From Clostridia bacterium (GTDB lineage: Bacteria > Bacillota > UBA994 > PWPR01), in assembly GCA_003557085.1 (NCBI GenBank), contig PWPR01000069.1, positions 1-40,781 on the forward strand: a stretch of 40,781 nt of DNA, given 5' to 3'. Below, piece after piece: positions 9,533 to 18,317 of this stretch. Each line of letters begins with the position of its first letter. Within the stretch, counting starts at the first letter, position 1. The notes under the pieces are model-generated. The model did no database searches. It was not told where the DNA came from and worked only from the letters and a program-made list of their open reading frames with translations. The translations under genes and the position numbers were made by a program.

Positions 9533-11431
9533 CTAGGTCTCCAGCTTTTTAAGTTCTTCGTGTAAACTCAACTGCTCAAGCAGCTCTTCTTCTAGGTCTT
9601 CCTTTTGTCGATATAAAGCTTGCAACTCATCTATATCATTTACACAAAGCAAAGTTTCTTCAAGTCTTAATATTTTGCTCTCACAGTCTTTGATTTTAAC
9701 TTTACAGTCCTCCAACATTCTTTTTTTTCGCCTATGCTCTTTTTCTTGCTCTTTCTTCTCTTCATAAGCTATTTTTCCTTTATTGAGAGTGTTATCCACT
9801 ACTTTAATAGCAGAAGATGTCACTCTCTTCTCTTGCCAAAACTGATAGCCACCTTCAAATATATCGACTTTTTTAGGAGTAATTTCAATAATTTTTGTGG
9901 CTAGTTTGTCAATGAAATACCTGTCATGAGACACATATATAACTGTGCCATCATAAGCTAGTAAACTTTCCTCAAGCTTCTCTCTTGACTCAATATCCAA
10001 ATGATTAGTAGGCTCATCTAAGAAAAGCACATTTACCCCACCATAGAACATTATACTAAGTTTCAGTCGGCTTTTTTCACCACCAGAAAGATTCTCAATT
10101 GTTTTAAATACATCATCTCCTGTAAAAAGAGCTCTAGCTAACTCATGCCTCGTATTAGTTTGGGTGATGTCATGCTCTCTCTGAAATGCCTCTATCAAAT
10201 TGTCTTTTTCATTTTCAAACTCAATAACCTGAGGTAAATACCCCACTTTTACTCTTGATCCTAGTTTGACTTGGCCTTCAGTTGGCTCTATATCTCCTAG
10301 CATTAATCTCATTAGAGTTGTTTTTCCAGCTCCATTAGGTCCAACAATTGCTACTCTATCTTGATAATAAATGGTCATATTTATATCACTAAAAAGATTG
10401 CAATCATCAAAACTATGTCCCAGCTTTTCCATTCGTACAACCTCATTACCAGTTCTACTAGCAATATTATTGTTAATTACTATTTTCTTAGTATAAATCT
10501 GAGGTTTTTCAGGCAAGACAATTCTATCAATTCTTTTTTGTATTTCCTTTGCTCTTTTGAACATTTTTTCACTATCTCTGGAACGACCCCAAATTATATA
10601 TCTTTCTTTTTGCTCTTCCAGTTTATCAAGCTCACTTTTTTTAGCCTGCCATTCAAGAAGCCTTCTCTCTAACCTTGCTTGTCTTTCTTTAATAAAGAAA
10701 TCATAGCCACCATTATATAGCTCCACTCGATTTCTTGTCATTTCAACTATCCTATTAACAGCCTTCTTAAGAAACCATCTATCATGGGAAACTATTACTA
10801 CAGCACCTTCGTATGATTGTAAGTACTCTTCCAACCAAGCCATATATTCCATATCTAAATGATTAGAAGGTTCGTCTAATAATAGAATATCTGGTTCTTC
10901 TAGCAGTATTTTTCCCATAACAACTCTAGATTTCTCTCCACCACTCAACAAAGAAAATCTTCTATTTTGCATATCACTATCAATATTCAAACCTGTAGTA
11001 ATCCTGTCTAATCTTTCTTTTAGCCTATATCCCCCAAGATTCTCGTATTTTTGCTGAAGATGCCCATATTCTAAGACTATCTCTTCTATATTGCTAGGAT
11101 TAGTAGCCATTAATTCCTCCAGCTTTTGCATTTCTTCTCTTATTACATATACCTCTTCAAAAGCTAAAAGTAAAATGTCTATTGTATCCAAACTATCAGG
11201 GTAATCAGGTATCTGATCCAGATAATCAACCCTGACTCCTTGTCTTAAGAAAACGTTGCCACCGTGGTATTCTTCTTTATTCATTAATATCTTAAGTAAA
11301 GTAGTTTTGCCCACTCCATTGGAACCCAAGAGCCCTATTCTTTCTCCTGTATCAATGTCAAAAGATATGTTTTCAAAAATTAGATCTGCACCATAATATT
11401 TGGTCAGATTACTAATAGCACATAATGCCAT
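9533..11431 (-). CDS. ABC-F family ATPase (Uup/YfmR-like translation factor type, no TM domain)
   Basis: 632 aa with two ABC cassettes. Walker A: GSNGVGKTT and GPNGAGKTT. Signature: LSGGEKSR twice. Walker B: LLLDEPSNHLD and LFLDEPTNHLD. A charged inter-domain linker and a C-terminal coiled-coil tail are present. Confidence 0.9.
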   Translation of the reverse strand: MALCAISNLTKYYGADLIFENISFDIDTGERIGLLGSNGVGKTTLLKILMNKEEYHGGNVFLRQGVRVDYLDQIPDYPDSLDTIDILLLAFEEVYVIREEMQKLEELMATNPSNIEEIVLEYGHLQQKYENLGGYRLKERLDRITTGLNIDSDMQNRRFSLLSGGEKSRVVMGKILLEEPDILLLDEPSNHLDMEYMAWLEEYLQSYEGAVVIVSHDRWFLKKAVNRIVEMTRNRVELYNGGYDFFIKERQARLERRLLEWQAKKSELDKLEEQKERYIIWGRSRDSEKMFKRAKEIQKRIDRIVLPEKPQIYTKKIVINNNIASRTGNEVVRMEKLGHSFDDCNLFSDINMTIYYQDRVAIVGPNGAGKTTLMRLMLGDIEPTEGQVKLGSRVKVGYLPQVIEFENEKDNLIEAFQREHDITQTNTRHELARALFTGDDVFKTIENLSGGEKSRLKLSIMFYGGVNVLFLDEPTNHLDIESREKLEESLLAYDGTVIYVSHDRYFIDKLATKIIEITPKKVDIFEGGYQFWQEKRVTSSAIKVVDNTLNKGKIAYEEKKEQEKEHRRKKRMLEDCKVKIKDCESKILRLEETLLCVNDIDELQALYRQKEDLEEELLEQLSLHEELKKLET

Positions 11432-11441
11432 TTTTCTCTCC

Positions 11442-11976
11442 TCATTTTTTGTTCTTTTTTGTGTTCTTTGTCTTCCTTACTTCATCTTCTTTCTTTTGTA
11501 GCTTTACAAATTCATAAGCAAAATACAAGCTTAATGCTAGGAAAACAAAAGCTACTGGCCTATAATATACAAATCCCCAAATACCAACAACTGCCGCAAT
11601 CAAGCCATGCCACATTCTCTGATTTGGAACAGGATTTTCTAAAAAACCAAAATTGACTAAAGGCTACGAGCAGTAAAAATCCAGTTATCATTTCATATCC
11701 ACTCATCCAAGCTAATCCGGCTAAAACCATATTTAGTCCAAACAACAATATTTTGCTATACTTTGATTCTTCATATTGATAATCCTCTTTAGCTTTGATC
11801 AAATCTCTTTGGTAAATCCAAGCAGCTGGGCCAAACATGGCTCCTCCAACAGCTATTGCCATTTCAGTATATTTTGTATTAAAAGCAAAAGTCATAGCCA
11901 AAACTAAAAACATAACTGCTGGCACAAAGCTATAAATAGTCATCTTTTTTGAAATAAATTTTCTATCTTTATCCAT
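11442..11976 (-). pseudogene. Small multi-TM membrane protein gene interrupted by a 1-nt frameshift at a T6 run (A6 on the plus strand, 11641..11646)
   Basis: The 11560..11976 ORF ends in an atypical Cys/Trp-rich tail. Skipping one base at the run gives ..SQFWFLENPVPNQRMWHGLIAAVVGIWGFVYYRPVAFVFLALSLYFAYEFVKLQKKEDEVRKTKNTKKNKK*. That reading adds two clean TM helices and a basic tail. It stops at TGA 11442..11444, just before the ABC-F SD. Confidence 0.6.
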
Positions 11977-11984
11977 ATAAACAC

Positions 11985-12818
11985 CTACTTCTCTTCTTTT
12001 AGAATTCTTTTACATATATTACTCATCTCTTTTAAATCATGATTCATTAGCTCATTAAAACTCTTAGATAATTGATTTAGCATTTTATTCTCAATATCTA
12101 ACCAATTTTCTTCAATACTTCTTATTGGTAATATATTGTTTGAAGTTGATGTCATAAAAGCACCTTGGATATCTTTGATGTCTTTTACATTGATAATATC
12201 TTCAACTACTTCAATTCCCAGTTCCTGACACAACTTTAAAACTTTCGTTCTAGTAATTCCCATTAAAACTTTGTCTCCTGGAGCAGTATAAAGCTTTCCC
12301 TTCTTTATAAAGAAAACATTAGATCTACTGCCTTCAGCTATATTACCATTTTTATCTACAAGTATAGCTTCATATGCTTTGTTTTCTTTAAGGTGCTGAT
12401 TTATTCTTTCTCTTAATTTTGTATTATGCACTTTTACATTTGGATTATCTCTTGAAACATGATAGTAGACTGTCTTAATGCCTTCTCTAACCATTTCTTC
12501 TGAAGGATAAAAAGATTCAATAAAATAAAATAAAGCTTCATTTTTCGTAATAATTAGTTTTATATTTTGCTCTTTAATATTGTTTATTTTTGAAAGTTTA
12601 CATATTGATAGATGCATTTCTTCCATATCCATTGTAATTTGAATGCCCATTATCTTTGCTGAATCATAGAGCCTTTTAACATGTTCTCTAGCAAATAAAG
12701 GAGTATGATTTATCACACGTATAACCTCATATACTCCCTCTTGCTGATTTATTCTTTTAATTACATCCATATCTTCTAGCTGGATTTCTCCATTTAGATA
12801 GTAATAGTTTTTCATCAT
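11985..12818 (-). CDS. Class IV (fold type IV) PLP aminotransferase family protein (BCAT / D-amino-acid aminotransferase / ADC-lyase-like)
   Basis: 277 aa. Motifs AEGSRSNVFFIKKGKLYTAP and MGITR are typical of class IV enzymes. AAAGGT SD lies upstream of ATGATG. Confidence 0.75.
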   Translation of the reverse strand: MMKNYYYLNGEIQLEDMDVIKRINQQEGVYEVIRVINHTPLFAREHVKRLYDSAKIMGIQITMDMEEMHLSICKLSKINNIKEQNIKLIITKNEALFYFIESFYPSEEMVREGIKTVYYHVSRDNPNVKVHNTKLRERINQHLKENKAYEAILVDKNGNIAEGSRSNVFFIKKGKLYTAPGDKVLMGITRTKVLKLCQELGIEVVEDIINVKDIKDIQGAFMTSTSNNILPIRSIEENWLDIENKMLNQLSKSFNELMNHDLKEMSNICKRILKEEK

Positions 12819-12883
12819 ATTTACCTTTCATATAAAAATATTTGTGAATTTGATATAATAAAATTGTAAGGAGGCACATAACT

Positions 12884-13837
12884 ATGATTTCAATTGCAAA
12901 TAAAACTTTTTGGGTAAAAACCATGAAGTGGCCTATTAATGATCTAAAAGTTCAAACATTATCTGACCAAGATATTTATAACACTAAAAGAGTTACCTTA
13001 TATGGTAGAGGCAGTATGCCTGCCACAGTAATTACTAGGTCATGTAAAGCAAATGTCCATAGGTGCAGTTATGATGCTATGATGCTCCGCTTTTTTAATC
13101 AATCATTTCTTTATCCATCTCCTAAATTATACTATGCTAAGGTTGATGATGCAAAAAAAGAATCTACTCTGATAGTTGAAGATATGCACCCGAAGTATAA
13201 AAGTTTTTCTGAGAACCATGTTTTCACTGTAAAAGAAGAAGCAGCTCTTCTTAAAAATTTAAAAATTCTGAACAATTATAAATTGAATAAACAAGACTTT
13301 CAGAACACCCTTGCTTTTATGAAGGATGCTATGCGCTATACTCTTACACCAGTTGAAGTTTTAGCTAGAATTGGCGCTCTTGAAGAGGGTTCGATTATTA
13401 CAAGAGAACAAGCTACTTTGCTAAAATCAATTAGCATACCTTATTTAACTAGTGCAATTAGAACTTTAGAGATGCTGCCTTTAAAAATATCTATCAGAAA
13501 TTTCTCTCCTACTCACATAGTAATTGATAAAAACGATTCTGAAGTAATATTTGTAAACTATAATTATTTTGCTTTAGGGAACTCGTTTGAAACATATGTT
13601 TCCATATCAAAATATATTCCAAAGGATAGAAGAGATGCTTTTCTTAATTTATACCTTGAAAGTATAAATTTTAAAAACAAGACTCAGCTGAACTTAAATG
13701 AGTTAGTAGGTCTTATAAAGTTTGCAATTTCTCTAAACAAAGTTCTGACTTTTGAAGAAATACAAAAAAGAGCTATCAATAAAAACACCTTTGATAGCCT
13801 TTTAGAAAGTATTAAATTAGTGAAAAATATCTTTTAA
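12884..13837 (+). CDS. Hypothetical protein, possibly a degenerate protein-kinase-like (APH/CotS-type) fold
   Basis: 317 aa with a strong SD (AAGGAGG). It has a hinge-like LIVEDM. A segment ISIRNFSPTHIVIDKNDSEVIFVNYNYFALGN has the spacing of the HGDxxxxN..IDxxxxG kinase core, but with the catalytic residues replaced. The functional call is weak. Confidence 0.35.
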   Translation: MISIANKTFWVKTMKWPINDLKVQTLSDQDIYNTKRVTLYGRGSMPATVITRSCKANVHRCSYDAMMLRFFNQSFLYPSPKLYYAKVDDAKKESTLIVEDMHPKYKSFSENHVFTVKEEAALLKNLKILNNYKLNKQDFQNTLAFMKDAMRYTLTPVEVLARIGALEEGSIITREQATLLKSISIPYLTSAIRTLEMLPLKISIRNFSPTHIVIDKNDSEVIFVNYNYFALGNSFETYVSISKYIPKDRRDAFLNLYLESINFKNKTQLNLNELVGLIKFAISLNKVLTFEEIQKRAINKNTFDSLLESIKLVKNIF

Positions 13838-14223
13838 TTCTCAATATATGCTATAGCTTCAGCTTCAATTTTAAGTCCATAGTGCAGTTGCCCTATAGCT
13901 AATACACATCTAGCTGGGTAGTCTTTAGTAAAATATTGCTCATATACAGAGTTCACAGCATCCCAGTTGTTTACATCGTTGATATAAATATTTACTTTTA
14001 CTATGTCTTCAATCTTACCACCAGCAGCTTTGATAATTCCAAATATATTCTTAAGTACTTGTTTTGCTTGCTCTTCAATTGGAGCAGAGACTAATTTCTC
14101 TCCTGTTTCAGGCACAATAGGAAGTTGTCCGGAAATATATAATGTGTTACCTGCTAATACTCCTTGCGAATAACACCCATTTGCTTTTGGTGCCAAGTTA
14201 GTGTTAATATATTTTTTTGCCAA
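13834..14223 (-). CDS. ridA: RidA/YjgF-family reactive-intermediate deaminase
   Basis: Motifs APKANGCYSQGV, LYISGQLP and ARCVLAIGQL..KIEAEAIAY. I prefer TTG 14223 (AAAGGAGA 7-8 nt upstream) to the track ATG 14247, whose first codons contain that SD. Confidence 0.8.
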   Translation of the reverse strand: MAKKYINTNLAPKANGCYSQGVLAGNTLYISGQLPIVPETGEKLVSAPIEEQAKQVLKNIFGIIKAAGGKIEDIVKVNIYINDVNNWDAVNSVYEQYFTKDYPARCVLAIGQLHYGLKIEAEAIAYIEN

Positions 14224-14236
14224 CTCAATCTCTCCT

Positions 14237-15487
14237 TTAATTTGCAATACTTACTTTTGTACTCAAGTTTTGAGACAGCTCTTTCTCTTTTGCTAAAAAG
14301 TCTATTGGTTTTGGCAGCTCTAAGGTCAAAGATCTCATCCATACCATAATACCCAACAAACCAATTCCCGTCAAAGCAAAGACAATATTTAATCCCCAAA
14401 ATCCAGCAATTGTACCGCCTATCATTGGCCCTGCTGCTGCTCCAACTTGGCTTACGCTTGAATTTATGCTTAGTATTCTGCTCCTATAGCTATTAGGTAC
14501 ATTTCTTGTTAACACTGCTGTGGCAGAAGGTGCGATAGCTGCTAAAAATAGGCCGAATAAAAATCTTGTAGCACCAACATAAAGTACTGAGTTTGCAAAC
14601 ACCAGCATTATGCTAAATAGTGCCCCTCCAGCTAATCCTATAGTCATAGCTTTCTTATAAGTGTTCTTACTTCCATACTTGCCCCAATAAGGTGCACCTA
14701 AAACTGTTGCAAATCCAGCTAATGAAAATATAATTCCTGTCATAACTGCTGGGTCTTGACTACTCTGTAGAGCTAAATTTTGCACCATTAGTGGCAAAAT
14801 TGGTTGGATAATGTTTAGAGATAAGTTGAAAACCATCATTATTAAAAACATGGCTGTAAGTATTTTATAGGAAAACGCCATCTTGATATCTTTAATAATT
14901 CTGAATTTAATACTTCTATCACTAGGCACCTCTTCTTTTGTTCCAAAAAGCACAACCAAAGTTGCAAAAAACAATACTATACCAGCAATTATCAAGGTTC
15001 TTCTTAATCCAAAAAAGGCGCTCATATAACCACCAACCATAGGACCTGCAATAGCACCAAAGGAAAATCCTGTATTTATAAATCCTAATGCATAGCCTAA
15101 GTGTTCTTCTGGGGTATTTGTTGCTACCATTGCTATAGCAGAAGGAATAAACCCACTAAACAAGCCTAACAGCAATCTTGCTAAAATTACATGTAAAGGG
15201 CTAGTCGAAAAAGACATGGCGATATAAACAACTGCTATACCAAACCCTGCCCTTAATATCTGTTGTTTTCTTCCATATTTGTCTGCTAAAGTTCCCCAAA
15301 CTGGCCCTATCAAAGCTCCTGTTATAAACGTGGCACTAAAAGCCAACCCTGACAAAAATTCAATATTAGCTTCAGCGCCAACTTCTTGCAATAACATTGG
15401 TAAAAAAGGAGATACTAAAGAAAATGCAATACCTCCGATAACACAGCCAACCCATAATACATATAGGTTTTTTTTCCACAAAGCCAT
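14237..15487 (-). CDS. MFS transporter (12-TM, DHA1-like efflux type)
   Basis: 416 aa, about 12 hydrophobic helices, MFS motif A GTLADKYGRKQ. AAGGAG lies 7 nt upstream of the ATG. Confidence 0.85.
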   Translation of the reverse strand: MALWKKNLYVLWVGCVIGGIAFSLVSPFLPMLLQEVGAEANIEFLSGLAFSATFITGALIGPVWGTLADKYGRKQQILRAGFGIAVVYIAMSFSTSPLHVILARLLLGLFSGFIPSAIAMVATNTPEEHLGYALGFINTGFSFGAIAGPMVGGYMSAFFGLRRTLIIAGIVLFFATLVVLFGTKEEVPSDRSIKFRIIKDIKMAFSYKILTAMFLIMMVFNLSLNIIQPILPLMVQNLALQSSQDPAVMTGIIFSLAGFATVLGAPYWGKYGSKNTYKKAMTIGLAGGALFSIMLVFANSVLYVGATRFLFGLFLAAIAPSATAVLTRNVPNSYRSRILSINSSVSQVGAAAGPMIGGTIAGFWGLNIVFALTGIGLLGIMVWMRSLTLELPKPIDFLAKEKELSQNLSTKVSIAN

Positions 15488-15982
15488 TATCTGTCTCCTT
15501 GTTCTTTCTTAAGTATTTCGCCACTCTAATAATATACTTATGTTTAAACTAAAGCAATACCTGGTATACATAGTACAAGATATATTTTACTTATAAAATA
15601 GTCTTTGGAGGACATTATATCTGCATATATCTAAAACAGTAAATTATGCGTGCTAGAAATTATAAAAAAGAAACCACTAATGTAAACATTGATATTAAGA
15701 GTCCATTGTAATTTTGAGTAAGAAATAAGGATTCATCTGTTTTATGGGGAGGGCCTCTAATAGCATGTGCTGTTAATTAATTTTACACAAATGTTCCTGG
15801 AGATATTTTGATTGTCTCTTAGTTTATTTACCACCTGCAACTGGCGATAGTTCCCTCTCTACACTGCCTCTAGATAGAACCTTTACGCAACTTTCAGATT
15901 TTGAAAAAATTGAGTCCTTCTCTAAGCAAGAAATTGATTTGAGTCAAACTATTAAAGATCATCTAATTAAACATTTTAAACT

Positions 15983-16005
15983 AAAAAGTGGGCATTAAGC
16001 CCACT
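15983..16005 (-). terminator. Rho-independent terminator of htrA
   Basis: GTGGGC (15988-15993) pairs with GCCCAC (15999-16004). On the minus strand a T5 run follows. Confidence 0.8.
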
Positions 16006-16011
16006 GTTAGT

Positions 16012-17223
16012 TTATGTTAATGGTTGAGTTTCAAGCTTTACTTCTAGTGTTAAGAACTCATCATCTTCAATACGATATACCTCTAACTCAATAGTATCTC
16101 CCGAACTGTGTCTATATAAGATCCTTTGTAAATCAGTAAATGTTACTAAGTTTTGATCATTTATTGATACTATTATGTCATTATGCTGTAAGCCAGACTT
16201 ATAAGCAGGGCTATCTACAATTACTTCATCTACATATATTCCTCTATCTACACTACTATTAAGGTAAATGGCATATCTGGTATTCATAGGAAGACCTTTA
16301 ATACCTAGATATGGTCTTATCACTTCCCCATACTCAATCAACTGCTCTATTATAGGCTTTGCTTGATCAGATGGAATTGCAAAACCTAAGCCCTCAATTC
16401 CTGCACTGGCTATCTTGACTTGATTTATCCCAATCACATCCCCAGCTAAGTTTAGTAAAGGACCTCCACTATTGCCTGAGTTAATTGCAGCATCAGTTTG
16501 TACCAATGAATATTGCCTATCCCCTACATTTACAATTCTGTCAACAGCACTGACAATACCAGCTGTTACTGTTCTTGCAAACTCCATCCCTAAAGGATTA
16601 CCAATTGCTATAACAGTTTGACCCACTCTTATTTCTCCAGAGTTACCAAATGTTATATACGGCAAATCCCTACTTTCTTCTGGTAGATCATTTAAGTCTA
16701 TTTTCAAAACAGCTAAGTCAGACCATTCGTCCTCTCCAACAACTTGTGCTTTTATCTGAGCTCCACTTGATAGATTCACATAAATCTCTCTTGCATTGCT
16801 AATAACATGTTCATTAGTCACTATCAACCCTGAAGGATCAATAATAAAGCCAGAACCACTACCTAACTCCGTCATAGTGGTATTTCCAAACCAATCTGTA
16901 GCCAACCCTATATTAATAACTCCTACTACTGCAGGACCTACTGTTTCAGCTACTACTGTTATGTCCCCTGGCTCTAGCTTTGAATAATCTATCGAAGCTG
17001 TCACAGGTTCAGGAAGCGTATAATTTGAATAACTAAGGCTCCCAGCTTGCTCTGGCCAAGGTATTATATTCCCATATAAATAATAAGGAGCAATTACTGC
17101 CATCAACAAAGCACCAATCAGCCCTCCTATTATTGCAGCCAAAACAATCTTGCCTATGCCATTGCTTTTATTGTTTTCTCCATTATAGTAATCTAAGCGA
17201 TTTTCTCGTCTATTAAAGTCCAT
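16012..17223 (-). CDS. htrA: HtrA/DegP-family serine protease (S1C) with N-terminal TM anchor and C-terminal PDZ domain
   Basis: 403 aa. The catalytic triad sits in contexts TNEHV, SDLAVLK and GNSGGPLL. A PDZ-like C-terminus is present. Confidence 0.9.
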   Translation of the reverse strand: MDFNRRENRLDYYNGENNKSNGIGKIVLAAIIGGLIGALLMAVIAPYYLYGNIIPWPEQAGSLSYSNYTLPEPVTASIDYSKLEPGDITVVAETVGPAVVGVINIGLATDWFGNTTMTELGSGSGFIIDPSGLIVTNEHVISNAREIYVNLSSGAQIKAQVVGEDEWSDLAVLKIDLNDLPEESRDLPYITFGNSGEIRVGQTVIAIGNPLGMEFARTVTAGIVSAVDRIVNVGDRQYSLVQTDAAINSGNSGGPLLNLAGDVIGINQVKIASAGIEGLGFAIPSDQAKPIIEQLIEYGEVIRPYLGIKGLPMNTRYAIYLNSSVDRGIYVDEVIVDSPAYKSGLQHNDIIVSINDQNLVTFTDLQRILYRHSSGDTIELEVYRIEDDEFLTLEVKLETQPLT

Positions 17224-17310
17224 GAAATCACCTCTCTTTATGTCTTATATAATAACAAAGAATTGTCAAAATTCTATATGAAATATATGATAATTACATA
17301 GTTTTTTAAT

Positions 17311-18114
17311 TTACTCTAATGCTATTAAATTAGATGGCTCACTTTGCTTAGCGACTGACAACGTAAAGTCTTTTTGTGGTCTAAGACCATAAGAACATAA
17401 TTCTGAAAAACAGGTGTCAAATGCTACACCTGGGGTATTGTTCTTTTCACTTAAGTGAGCTAAGACAATTACTTGTGTCTTTCTACATATTATCTTTTTT
17501 AGTAATTTAGCAGCGATATCATTTGATAGATGCCCTATTTTACTTGATATTCTATTTTTTAAAAATGCTGGATAAGGACCATTCACAAGCATTGCTCTAT
17601 CATGATTTGATTCAAGAATTATTGCATCTGCATCTAAGAAGTGTTGATAAACTCCTTCTGTTATAACTCCTAAATCTGTAGCAATAACTAACTTATGTAT
17701 TCCATCATCAATTACGTAACCTACAGGGTCTGCAGCATCATGCGATATAGCAAAAGGTGTTACCAGAAGCTCCCCTAAGTCAAACTTACTCTGTGTGATG
17801 AAAGTCTTTCTCTGTTCTTGAGGCACTCGGTAAAAATGCTTATATCCAGCTTCCCAAGTAGCTTGATTAGCATAAATGTTTATGTGTGGGTTATGTCTAG
17901 CAAGAACATCGACACCTTTAACATGATCACCATGCTCATGAGTTATAAGTAAACTATCTATTTGATTTTTATTTATACTAATATCTGATAATCTCTGTCC
18001 AATAGCCCTATTTGATATTCCTGCATCTACTAATATTCTTCTTCCTTTTGTCTCTACGTAAATACTGTTTCCTGAACTACCACTCGCCAATACAGCAAAT
18101 TTCATTATCCTCAC
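17311..18114 (-). CDS. MBL-fold metallo-hydrolase, YycJ/WalJ type
   Basis: N-terminus MKFAVLASGSSGNS and the HEHGDH metal motif. The start is either GTG 18114 (abutting the DUF951 stop) or ATG 18105 (after AGGTGA). Confidence 0.8.
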   Translation of the reverse strand: MRIMKFAVLASGSSGNSIYVETKGRRILVDAGISNRAIGQRLSDISINKNQIDSLLITHEHGDHVKGVDVLARHNPHINIYANQATWEAGYKHFYRVPQEQRKTFITQSKFDLGELLVTPFAISHDAADPVGYVIDDGIHKLVIATDLGVITEGVYQHFLDADAIILESNHDRAMLVNGPYPAFLKNRISSKIGHLSNDIAAKLLKKIICRKTQVIVLAHLSEKNNTPGVAFDTCFSELCSYGLRPQKDFTLSVAKQSEPSNLIALE

Positions 18115-18312
18115 CTACTCAGATGCAATTTCTACTACTTCTTTAACTTGTCTTTCAAATTTCTTTCTTGCCAACATCACAGATCTGTTGCATCCTAAAC
18201 ACTTAATGCGAAAATCTGCACCAATCCTTATAACTTCCCAAATATCATTTCCACAAGGATGACTCTTCCTCATTTTAACTTTATCTCCAACTTTGTATTC
18301 ATGTTTTAACAT
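18115..18312 (-). CDS. DUF951 (YyzM-like) small protein
   Basis: 65 aa. The pattern VGDKVKMRKSHPCG..W.V.R.GADFRIKCLGC is the DUF951 signature as I remember it. Confidence 0.75.
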   Translation of the reverse strand: MLKHEYKVGDKVKMRKSHPCGNDIWEVIRIGADFRIKCLGCNRSVMLARKKFERQVKEVVEIASE

Positions 18313-18317
18313 AATAT

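Noticed and set aside
11641-11646. Programmed +1 ribosomal frameshift or transcriptional slippage at the T6 run of the split membrane-protein gene
   Set aside because: There is no upstream SD-like stimulator at the right distance and no in-frame stop or hungry codon at the shift site (UUU AGA). No downstream structure was noticed. An indel, real or from sequencing, is the simpler explanation. It cannot be excluded without read data.
14154-14399. 81-aa minus-strand ORF and 61-aa plus-strand ORF at the MFS/ridA junction
   Set aside because: They overlap the 3' end of the MFS gene and the 5' end of ridA out of frame, with no SD. The in-frame MFS and RidA products carry the family motifs.
17224-17310. 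Possible WalR-type direct repeat (TGTWAH-N5-TGTWAH) upstream of htrA
   Set aside because: Only the first half-site (TGTAAT) matches. The second position reads TATATT and lacks the TGT core. A single half-site in AT-rich DNA is not evidence.
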